Assembly: GCF_030144855.1 (NCBI RefSeq)
Contig: NC_082722.1
Location: 19,406,001 to 19,470,000, forward strand
Source of the DNA: Hypanus sabinus
Taxonomy: Eukaryota
Direction of reading: 5' to 3'
Length of the DNA: 64,000 bases
The notes beneath the pieces are model-generated. The model had not been told where the DNA came from, ran no database searches, and saw only the letters and a program-made list of their open reading frames with translations. Positions 25,201-35,356 of this stretch are shown in pieces (position 1 is the first letter of the stretch; each line of letters begins with the position of its first letter). The position numbers and the translations under genes are program-made.

Positions 25201-28200
25201 CCATTTTATTTAAATGGAGAGAGACTTGTCCCCCTACTAGATTTCAGTGGTTTTCCCAAACTATGACATGTTTAAACCTATAAAAAATTAGAAGTGGTAC
25301 TATCGATTTTTCGGTTAAATTTGAAGAAACTTGGAGGACATTTATTAAAATGTTCATATAATATCAGCTGAACTTTTCGGAATCCTTCTCAATAACCTTC
25401 TGTTCGCTTATAGAGGAGCGGAGTTAATGACAAATATTGATTTTAACCGGTCAAACACGGCAGCCCAGCTTTTGTTTTGTTTTGTTTTTTTGTCTAGTCT
25501 TTTTTTAAGTTTAGGGGGACTTTTTTGTATAAAAGTTTTTGAATCCTTTCAATGTTCAGTTATTACGAGATTGGGAGGCTTAGATTACATATGTTACTCG
25601 GAGTCTGTGTTTGTATGCGTTAACCGTTAGTAATATAATCCCGATCCCTTTCTATTATTTTCATTAGCATGTTTATTAATTCGGAACTTAATTAAGAAAT
25701 GATCAATAGAGACAGAATGTTCACTGTAGTCAGGTAATCTGAAAATTTCCCCCTACTTCCGTGATGGGAAGCTGTTCTGTGACTGTTCTTAACCAGATTT
25801 GATCGACACACCTATATCATTTGGAAACGTTTGCATCCTTCCATCAGTGCTAGAGATTTTGAACATGTTCAAAATGCAGAGTGCACAAAATGCAGAAGGT
25901 AAACTGTAGATACGGAGAGGAATAAAATAACGAAATTTCGGTCCGATACCTTACACCAGGGCGCAATGAATACACCATCTTACCTTGCTCCAGGATGTAG
26001 CTGAAACTGACAGACACCGTGAGGGAGATATGCTTTATCATATTTTTAGCAAATGTCCAAAAGTTTGCTACCTTACAACTATTGAACGATTTCAATTTCA
26101 TCATTCGTGCTACACGATTTAGAGCAACAGGAACAACACATCAGCTTTTGAACACCTTTCACGTTTGCTATTCACTGTCAATAACTGATCTTTAAAATTA
26201 GTCATTCTTCCTTGTTGCTGTTCAGTTACTCTTCTTACATGGTCACATACGCCCCACCACTATCGCTTGCAAGCGCTTCCATCTTATATTAAGTGCAACA
26301 GATTCTGAACATGCTGATATCCAGAGTTACACAGAACATCCTGGAAAAACTCCGTCGATCAGGCTATCTAAAATATTAACGTTAAAGGCCGAGACCCAAC
26401 ATCATGACTTCATCAAGAGACCCATCTTACCTTGCTCCAGAATATAGCTGAAACAGGCAGGCACCGTGAGAGAGACATGCGACACCAGACAGATGTACAC
26501 ATCATTTCCCCAAGCAGACTGATTAATTTCCAATAATCTGTAAGCCTCGTATAAACCCTCCTCGGTCCGGTTTATCACTGTTTTTCTTCCACTGCGAATT
26601 TGCCTGTTATTTTTTTGCCAGACGATTTCTAATTCCTTCGGGTAGAAGGCAGCTGTTTTACAGAGGAGCTGCCGAGTAGCCGAAAAATCTCCAATAGGAA
26701 CGATTTCCAATGGCGTTGGGGGAGCTTAAACAAAAATATATACATTGGGTGTTTACCAATCATTTAATTAAATTAAATTCCTTTATCTTCCCGCCAATTC
26801 AATTTCATCTCACTGCCAAATTAGTTACCCACCATACGTTACCAGCATTTTATAATTTGTTTTATGTTCAAGTTCAAGTTCATAGTTATTAAACCAAAAC
26901 CCTAAATTATGATAGATTTCCACAGTCCGAAAAAATAAGCTCTTGCCTAGGTTTTTAATATTCTGGAAACTCAGTTGTTCAGGCAGTTTTTCAGAGCCTT
27001 CGTTGGAGCTTTCTAGTCATCAGCATTCACTGATAGAGCTTTCTTCGGAATGTAAATCACTGCTGGAAGATATCTCCCGTATTTAATGTTTTGAATATGC
27101 CAAATCGTACCCTCCATAAAACGTCTAAGAACGTCAATGCGATGCTGATATTAATCGCATTTATTCTACATTTCTATTATTTCATACACCTATCGGCCTA
27201 CAGCAAAATGCTCGATAGTGATCTGGCACTGGTATATGAATGATGATGCCCTGCATAGAGACAATCCCGGAGCTGAACGAACTCCGCTTTTCCGTGCAGA
27301 GATTTCACTCAAATTTGAGCCCAAATTTCATAGTATTGCAAACGTGGTCTGCTTCCGCTTTAGCTATGGTCCGTATCTAACTTAGGAAATTTTATCGTCA
27401 AATTCCTTTATCAATGTGTCACAACATTTAGCATTTCGCTCTGCCTACAATGCCCATCCTGAGCTCACGGTTGCCCGCACAGCGCTGCCATGGACCATAT
27501 ACGGATTACAGATGTTTACGTGCCTGTTGCTGTAAGGCAAATTATTTTGTAAAAGTCCTCAGGGTCCGATATGGTGTCAAATTCGACCTTTTAGGGAGGC
27601 TTGTGCAGAATTTGAAGGTGCCTTGACAGAGGTATTCGAAATGTCCTGATCCTCGGGTGATGTGCTGAAGAACTAGATATGACTAATGTTCCATAGTTGT
27701 TCAAAAAAGGCTCCAAGAATACGCCGTGAACTTTTACGATGGCGAGCCTGACGCTTGTAAAAGGTAAGTTATTTGAAATATTCCAAGTGACAGGATACAA
27801 AGCTATTTAGGTAGGAGCAGCAATAGCCATCAAAATTTTGTGCTTGGTACGCAGTGTCCAGCTTAACTTTAAGAGTTTTTCGAGGAATTTACCCGGGATT
27901 ATGTTGAAGGAAAAGCAGTGGATGTTATCAACATGGCAAACCCCTTGGGAAAGTCCGGAATGTGAGTCTGTTCAAGAAGGTTCGGTTGACATTCAGGATG
28001 AAGTAGTAAAAGGCATTTAACAGTGGCTTGGCAGGAAAGCAAGGGAGTGGTAGTCGACGGCTTTTCTCTGACTGCAGGCCTGGAAATAGAGTTGTACCGT
28101 GGGGATCGGTACTGGTTACGTTGCTTGTTGTTCATCTATATTAATGATTTGTGCGATAATGAATTAAACTGGTTCTAGAAATTTGCAGACCTGGACAGTG

Positions 28201-29586
28201 GGGATCGCTTGGAGTGGAATATGGCACAGCTGTAACAACGGTCTGTGAAATGACAGCTGGAATTTATTCGCTTTCAAATTCCATTGTTGCTCAACTCTCT
28301 ACTCTTTACTAACTAACCTTATCAAAACTCACCTGGATATTGAGATTTCTATTGCTTTCCCTCTTTTGAATGGCGAAAGAGGTGTAGATTTAGAGAAATT
28401 TTGCACAACATGTTTGAATTGATAATTTGCAGAGCGTGCGACAAATAAATACATTAGATTGCTATTAGTTTTTTTTTTGATCTGACTATTATTTCCCTCA
28501 GTTTGTAACCTTGACATACAGTATACGAGAGTTGATGAAATTATTCATAATTTGCTTCCTGTGTGATGGGAAATCGAGCAATCCATCTACAGCCACTCAC
28601 ATTAGTAACAATATTACTTCAATATCTTGTGTACAGAGCAAACAACACCTCACTTGAAAATGAATTCCTTGTTTGTGAAGCACCTTCCCAATAATAATGC
28701 TAAAATCGATAGGTCTCACTCACTTTGGACATTGGCTTTAAATGGGAGATAGCCGATCGATAGGTCTGCCCTAACAGCAGTAATAAGCAGTATGGCACAA
28801 CAAACAGAATCAACGTTATTTGTCGCCCGATTGACGCTGCCTGGAATTTATTCTGTTGTTTTTAACACTAGAATTGGAGCTTGTAGAATGTTTTATTTTT
28901 CTTAATGCGAGAAACAAAACCACCCTCGTCGTTTCTTTTAACAGGTAGCAACATTTCATATTACTCTCATTAGCAGATTTAATGTAAATGGAGAAGAGGC
29001 AAAAATCTCCTCGCAGCCGCACTCACCGTACACAGAGAGCTTGGAGCCACTTCCATTCCAGAAAGATCGTTCCTGATACTTTAGTCCACAGTAGTACATT
29101 CCGGAGTCGTCGAATTTCACATCCAGAAGAACAAGTTTTTCGCTTGTCTTTTCGTGAATAAATTGCTTTCTGCTGTCCCTTTCTAAAAATGCATTCTCGC
29201 CCTCCTTCCACCAACGAACGTTAACAGTATCTTTTGATATTGGAGGATTGCAGTACATGGTAACATTTGATCCGCCCGGAACCTCCACGTTCTTAGGGAA
29301 TTGATATACTCTGAACGCAGGTACTTCGACTGCTGCCGGAAAATAAACAAGGGCATTAATAATAGCTACACACAGGGAATAAAAAAGAACCGAAAGACGC
29401 ACTGTAAATTACTGGACAACTAAGAACCAAAGACGACCAAATTGCTCAACAACTGAAACTAAGTATGCAGTGGGTTAAATTTTCTAAAATAGAATACTCA
29501 GTTCAGGAACGGAACATGTAATTTAGCATACATAGCCATGTAATAGCCAGAAGCGCCATGTATAAAACCGTAAATTTCTCTGACAT
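22211..29586 (-). CDS. Non-rearranging IgSF receptor, leader-V(J)-C1-TM-cytoplasmic, about 290 aa. Spliced model: complement(join 29586-29532, 29332-29027, 26724-26431, 23212-23108, 22470-22427, 22288-22211)
   Basis: Exons have GT/AG boundaries with matching phases (1-1-1-1-0) and one open frame: MSEKFTVLYMALLAITWL-SVEVPAFRVYQFPK...YYCGLKYQERSFWNGSGSKLSVY-APPTPLEIVP...VYICLVSH...ILEQ-GADTRWILACAVGGSAILNVILLIVLLKFKLKRSH-GGNKNSLDGCQNEDP. The last coding exon is uncertain. Confidence 0.85.
22427..22470 (-). CDS. First cytoplasmic exon
   Basis: Strong acceptor tttgtttttttttctgaag|, donor CCG|GTAGGT; 44 nt, phase 1 to 0; (G)GNKNSLDGCQNEDP. Confidence 0.65.
23108..23212 (-). CDS. Transmembrane exon
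   Basis: (G)ADTRWILACAVGGSAILNVILLIVLLKFKLKRSH: about 22 hydrophobic residues then a basic stop-transfer run. Acceptor tttctttttcaag|, donor CACG|GTAAGA; 105 nt, phase 1-1. Confidence 0.88.
24560..25690 (+). mobile_element. 5'-truncated L1 (ORF2 C-terminus plus 3' UTR) in the C1-TM intron, antisense to the gene
   Basis: ORF 24647-25060 ...WEKILQLVNSSSMCARHALVQYKLVH...CDRC...HMFGSC. Confidence 0.82.
25975..26032 (-). pseudogene. Decayed duplicate of the C1 exon 3' end plus its donor site
   Basis: Reads HISLTVSVSFSYILEQG|GTAAGATGG versus HVSLTVPACFSYILEQG|GTAAGATGG in the real C1 exon 447 bp away; weaker similarity continues to about 26100. Confidence 0.8.
26431..26724 (-). CDS. Ig C1-set exon
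   Basis: LLC-x4-FYP-x6-W and Y-x-C-x-V-x-H (VYICLVSH) are C1-set hallmarks. Acceptor ttttgtttaag|, donor CAAG|GTAAGA; 294 nt, phase 1-1. Confidence 0.93.
27590..28260 (+). mobile_element. Degenerate CR1 RT fragment in the V-C1 intron
   Basis: Decayed versions of the CR1 RT words (ctgacgcttgtaaaaggtaag; taccgtggggatcggtactgg; atctatattaatgattt). Confidence 0.6.
29027..29332 (-). CDS. Ig V-set exon with in-exon J-like G strand
   Basis: B-strand Cys (VTMYC), C-strand Trp (VRWWK), D-x-G-x-Y-Y-C (DSGMYYC), G-x-G-x-K-L-x-V (NGSGSKLSV). Acceptor ttattttccggcag|cag (NAGNAG), donor TACG|GTGAGT; 306 nt, phase 1-1. Confidence 0.95.
29532..29586 (-). CDS. Signal-peptide (leader) exon, coding part
   Basis: ATG at 29586 reads MSEKFTVLYMALLAITWL (18 codons + 1 nt), then donor T|GTATGC, phase 1, joining the V exon in frame. 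Upstream acceptor tttcttccacaaactcttcag| starts the exon at 29630. Confidence 0.75.
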
Positions 29587-29708
29587 ATTGCAGAAACAGA
29601 ACCGAACAATTTTGCAATGCGAGTGGTGTTCTGAAGAGTTTGTGGAAGAAATAGAAATTCAAGAGAAAATGTATGAACCGTGTGATCATGACGTAGATGA
29701 CGACTCAC

Positions 29709-29795
29709 CAAGGCAGAATAATGTCTTTCAAATAGACTCCTACTGGGCAAACAGGGCAGTGAGTCCTCTTCCTTTTTCAATTTCTATATTACTAC
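29709..29795 (-). other. Candidate 5' non-coding exon of the receptor gene
   Basis: Acceptor tttgtttcttgcatccactag|, donor TTG|GTGAGT, 78-nt intron to the leader exon; stops in all three frames. Confidence 0.35.
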
Positions 29796-29889
29796 CTAGT
29801 GGATGCAAGAAACAAATGCACCTTCGCCGTTTCTTTAATCAAGTAGCAACATTTCATATTGCCATTATTAGCAGATTTAATGTAAATGG

Positions 29890-31095
29890 TGGATTTATTT
29901 CAATCAGTGGAAGTTTTCTATATGGACTTCAGTAAGGCCTTTGACAAGGTTCCGCAGGAAAGTTTAGTTAGGAAGGAACAGTCGTTGGGTATTAATATTG
30001 AAGTAGTAAAATTGATTCAGAAGTGGCTGGATGGGAGATGCCAGAGAGTACTGGTGGATAACTGTTTGTCTGGTTGGAGGCCAGTGACTAGTGGTGTGCC
30101 TCAGGGATCTATACTGGGTCCAATGTTGTATGTCATATACATTAATGATCTGAATGATGGTTGGTGAATTGGATTAGTAAGTATGCAGATGATACTATGG
30201 TAGGTGATGTTGTGGATAATAAAGTAGGTTTTCAAAGCTCATAAGAGTGGGCTGAACGGTGGCAAATGGAGTTTAATGCTGATAAGTGTGAGGTGCTGCA
30301 TTTTGGTAGGAATAGTACATTTAGGACATATATGGTAAATAGTAGGGTATTGAAAAATTCAGTAGAACAGAGTGATCTAGGAATTATCGTGCATAGTTCA
30401 CTGAAGCTGGAATCTCAGGTGAATAGGGTGATGAAGAAAGCTTTTCGTATGGTGGCCTGTATAAATCAGAGCATTGAGTATAGGAGTTGGGATGTAATGT
30501 TAAAATTGTACTAGGCATTGGTTAGGCCGAATTTGGAGTATTATGTACAGTTATGGTCGCCGAATTTTAGGAAAGATCTTAAAAAAAAATAGAGACAGTA
30601 CAGAGAAGATTTATTAGAATGCTACCTGGGTTTCAGCACCTAAGTTACAAGGAAAGGTTGAACAAGTTAGGTCTTTACTCTTTGGAACGTAGAAGGTTGT
30701 AGGGGGACTTGATATTGGCATTTAAAATAATGAGGGTGATAGATAGAGTTGACGTGGATAGGCTTTTTTTACCATTGAGAGTGGGGGAGATTCAAACAAG
30801 AGGACATGATTTGAGAGTTGGGGGGGCAAACGTTTAGGGGTAACACGAGGGGGAATTTCTTTACTCAGAGAGTGGTAGCTGTATGGAACGAGCTTCCAGT
30901 AGAAGTGGTAGAGGCAGTTTCGGTATTGTCATTTAAATTAACATTAGATAGGTATATGGATATGAAAGGAATGGAGGGTCATGGGCTGAATGCGGGCCAG
31001 TGGAACTGGGTGTGAGTAAGCATTCGGCACGGACTAGAAGGGCCGAGATGGGCTGTTTCAGTGCTGTAATTGTTATATGGTTATATGGTTATATC
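29890..31095 (+). mobile_element. 5'-truncated CR1 immediately upstream of the receptor gene
   Basis: [46 protein letters not shown]; tail (gttatatg)n. Confidence 0.92.
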
Positions 31096-33300
31096 TAGTG
31101 ATTTCAAAATTATGTTCGGAATTTTTGCACTTTGCTGAGTTCAGTAATTACCCTATTATTTATTTAGGACTAAATTCAAATCTGTGCTCTGCCAAGTGAT
31201 CCCAAATATGGGAATCTGCATTGGAGTCATAAATATGTAATAAAATCAGAGATGTTAAACTGAATGTGTCAGATGTATCAATGTAAGATGTAACGACAAA
31301 TGTGACTAACAGCAACCTCTTGCAGACATTTAGGATTTTTTCTTCTTCTTCCCCCTTTAAAAGAAACACTTTCAATTTTTCTAATGTATGCACGATTGGA
31401 GCCTGTAATAAACAAATTGATAATGTGTTTTTAAGCTTACTGAGTGATCTGGCGCTTTTGGTCACTCTGAAGGGATTCGTCGTGGATGAGAAAGAGGAGA
31501 AAGGAATATGCGGTTTACTGGTGGAGCGTAAATCCAAACGGTTCCGTTATCCGCCCATCTCGCAAAAAAGTCGTGGAGCAAGATTTAAAATAAACAAGGA
31601 CGATAGCGCAAAGCGATCGGGTATTCAGAGCAATTGCCGCGTTGAACTCGTCTCTCTATCCTCCTCGGTTACCCGAAGAAGATCGTCGAGTCTTGGATCG
31701 CGGGCTAAGACTTGTGGACTGGATTCTTTTTTAGAGGACTTTTAGTTCCTGTTTTGTGTGTTTCAGGTTACACCATTTTTGAAACTATTTTGCACGATTT
31801 TGATGGGGCACTTCGACGCGAATTGGTTCTGCGTCTGCAGTGAAATTTTACACCAAACTGATCGACATCGAACATTCCGAAATTGTTTAACCTCTGGTTT
31901 GATGTTTCCTATTGTGTCTGCTATTCGTTCGTTTTTGCCCTCTGAACGATCAGTTCTTTTTATCTTTTTGGATGCTTGATATTTTTAAAACTGTTTCCCT
32001 GGATTTCTTCGTTTCCTGGCTGCTTGCGGGAAAACAAATTTCAGGGTTGTATACAGTACTGCTAACATACTTGGATAGCAAATGCATGTTGACCGTGAAT
32101 CTGACAAAAAAATAATAACAACCTTCCTTCACTCCAAATTAGCTTCGCTGTGTTGTTCCCCTTCTACCATATACGATGGGTCCCTTATCAACGTGCCAGT
32201 TTCTCAACGCAATCCCAAAGCCCAGCCCCACTGAACAACCTCTGCATTCTCTTGATTATATTTTAGCTCAGCTTCCTCTTTCTTTCGAACGCTAGATGCT
32301 CCTGCATGGACTTTCTGGACCTCCAAACTAAATTTTGATAGCCACGATCCCTATTGTTCTTATAATCACCATTGCAGTAACGTTTCCAGAAAATGAGGAG
32401 ACCAATCGCGCTCTTAGGGCAAGGAAGGCTTTAAGCCGTGACGGGTCAGGTGGGTGTTGCATAGATTATCGTTCTTTGTCTACTGATAATTTCGTTCAGG
32501 GTTTGTTTATAAACGTCCGACTGATGAACTACTGTTTAATACCAGGAAAACAAAACGAAAACAAATTGATGAACGAAACTGGCTTGAATAGTAAGTATAT
32601 TATTCCCTCGGACGCCATCATTCATATATATCCGGTACATTGTGTGATTTTGGATTCTGAGCAGTCATCGTACTGCACAAGAAAAACGACATATGGTCGA
32701 GCAGTAGGTCTATTACTTCAGCAAATTTTACCAAATTTAAATCCTTGATCATTTAGAGGCGGTATACATTTTATGAAACAAAAGCATAATATTATGAAAA
32801 CTTCATAAATTTTTTCAAGCGATGGATTTGCCGTGTTTTTTTTTGTACAAAGTCGGCCCATTGTACTCAGCTTCCTCGCTCGCTGCTGAGGCCAGGTCGC
32901 ACGTAAAGCACAGCGAGAAGTAGCAAGTTTTGTCTCTGATAGAAAAAAATATTGGTAAAGGCAATGAAGAGAGAGCTTAGAGTTGAAATTGTACCTTACA
33001 CATTTTAGTGATGATGGTAACACAGAGATTCAGGAGGTATTGCGAAAATATCTATCAAGTGGGCATCGAGGACACCTCAACCGATTGACTACATTCCGAG
33101 GCTCCATTTAAAATCCAATCAGCACGAGTGGAACTGGTGGTAACGCTGCTATTTCAAGCATCTCTGAAAATTGCACCAATTAACAGGGAGACAGAAGGAG
33201 AATGAATCGGAGCTATTGTTTACCCCGGTACAGACAAAATAGGCATTCGAATGATAATCATGCAACTATTTGTCTGACACGGCAGCGCAAACACTCTTAC

Positions 33301-33951
33301 CCGTTTCGAAAATGAGAATACGGAATATTCTTCGAAGCGTCGTGTTTGGTGGTGAAACTATGCTGAGCTTCTAGCGAAAGGAGTAACGTCTTTGATTACC
33401 AATTGGATCCCCAAACCATTTTGAACAGTTATGCAATCGGAATCGCCACGAAACGGAGGGGACGTTCTGCTGCTTTCAATGACACGTTATCGCAATCATT
33501 GATTTGCATGTCCTGCCGTATCGGAGATGAAATCGCGTAGATGCGTCGAGCGTAAAGTTGTTCACGGTTAACACATATTTTGTCAATTGGATAGCCCTGG
33601 ATGTAACTAAAGTCGGATTGTTGAGGAGTTTGTCCAGGAGAGGGTAAATCAATGCCGAGCTGCCATGTGCTTCCTACGAACAGAGTCAGCATTCTGATTA
33701 ACGTGATAAGGCCACGCCACTTTGCGCAGTTATGCATCGGGAATTTCCACAAATCGTTTGGGATGTTGTGCTGCTTTCATGGACACATTGTCGCCACCAG
33801 TGAATTCCATCTCATGTCCACTCAGAATTGAAATCGATCGCAGAAACATATATTTTGTCCATTGGTCCAGCTGGATGTAATTGAGGTGGGGAAGTTGAGG
33901 AGGTTGGCTAGAAGAGGACAGTGACATTGTTAACCTTATCCTACTGCGGAT
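33301..33951 (-). pseudogene. Pseudo-exon of 651 nt containing two tandem units of about 275-300 bp; product unknown
   Basis: Acceptor tttttttctctttcaattcatccag|, donor ACGG|GTAAGA, length divisible by 3. Units align (ttacatccag, gacaaaata, tgaaagcagca, gcataactg); several stops and frameshifts. Confidence 0.45.
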
Positions 33952-34719
33952 CTGGATGAATTGAAAGAGAAAAAAAATCTAATGAGAGACCGTTTAGTTT
34001 TACCTTCCAAGTGATTTGAGATGCCTAATGCAGATATGCGACTGCAGCAGAAAACTCCGCTTCCAGCAGATAAGTTTTCTGCCGAGACGGGTGAGGGTGG
34101 GGGTGGGTATGATCTTCAGAGATTCCTTTTCTCGACACATAAATACCGAAGGTGTCAGTACTGTGATTAATTCCCCATGAACCACAGGTCTGTTCTCCAT
34201 TAGTCGATTCTTCATGCAGTGTAGGACTGAAACAGAAACCTGGACCGATCACTAAGCAGTTAAAAGTAAGCTGGATGAAAAAAGTACCTCGTTTGAGCAC
34301 TTGTGAGAATGTCGTGGTTGCTCTTAGACGACAATTAAGTAAGACTGCACATGCATCATTAATTGTAAATGTTTTTGATATAGTCCCTGTATCCCTATAG
34401 TTTCATCATCATAGATTAGTTCAGTATTAACTGGCGTGGAGAAGCACGAAACAGTATAAGAAAATGTATGCTTTGTAAATATTTAATTTATCGGTTTATG
34501 AATTCATATCCATGAATATTTCTGATAATGACAGAAAACTCAAGATGATTCCAACTGAGCACAGCTCTCGTTAGGTCTGCGGGTTGACTGTGAATTTAGA
34601 TTTGTAATTTGTGAGACACTTTTGTCTGCTCCACGAGATGATCTATTGAATTGTCGCGCCTTTAAGTGCCTCTACCTTTACTGAAAACATATTCCAAAAT
34701 GTTTTCAACAATGTCTTTC

Positions 34720-35356
34720 TATAGGAGAACAGCACAGGAACAGGTCATCCGACCCACAATGCTACGCCAAATATGCTAAAAAGCATTTGAAAACACTCAA
34801 AACCTAATCACTCTCACCTAACCCATGTTAATCCTTGCATCCATGTGCCTCTACAAATGTTTATTTCAAGTCTCTATTGTACTTGCCGCTACCGCCATAC
34901 CAGGCAGGTCCTTCCACGTATCCACAACTCCCTAAGTAAAAAGGCAACACGAGTGAATCTGCAGATACTGGAAATAAATAAAAACACAAAATGCTGGCAG
35001 AAATCAGCAGGCCAGACAACATCTGTGGATCTGTGGGAGGAGGTAGTGACGACTTTTCGGGCCGAAATGTCGTCACTACCTCCTCCCACAGATGCTGTCT
35101 GGCCTGCTGAGTTCTGCCAGCAATTTGTGTTTTTACTCCCTCAGTAAAAGACTTGCTCCTCACAGCCCCCTTGAATCTACTCCCTGTCACCGTCAATATA
35201 TGTCCTCTAGTATGAGACAGTTCAAATCTGGGTAACGGATGCTGTTTGTACACCCTATCTATGCCTCTCATAATCGTGCAGGTCTCTGTCAGATCTCCCC
35301 TCAGCCTCCGACGCGTCAAAGAAAACAAACTAACTTTATCCAGCCTCTCGTGATAG
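34720..35356 (-). mobile_element. CR1 3' fragment carrying a Penelope-derived hairpin insertion
   Basis: ORF 34861-35382 YHERLDKVSLFSL.RRRLRGDL.E. Confidence 0.85.
34944..35134. mobile_element. Palindromic Penelope-terminus mini-element with about 16-bp TSD
   Basis: Arms aaacacaaaatgctggcagaaatcagcaggccagac...gtagtgacgac and gtcgtcactac...gtctggcctgctgagttctgccagcaatttgtgttt; flanks actccctaagtaaaaag (34927-34943) and actccctcagtaaaag (35135-35150). Confidence 0.8.

Noticed and set aside
29082-29092. TACTGTG cryptic heptamer at the YYC codons of the V exon; possible RAG target
   Set aside because: Expected from Tyr-Cys-Gly codons; no nonamer at 12/23 spacing and no separate D/J segments were seen.
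29333-29402. N-terminus of ORF 28956-29402 (MRLSVLFYSLCVAIINALVYFP) looks like a signal peptide
   Set aside because: It starts at GTG and is the polypyrimidine tract of the V-exon acceptor; a proper ATG leader exon with a phase-1 donor lies 200 bp upstream.
34003-34140. LKIIP...RKLICWKRSF resembles the start of the C1 exon
   Set aside because: No FYP, Trp or YxCxVxH follows and nucleotide similarity is poor.
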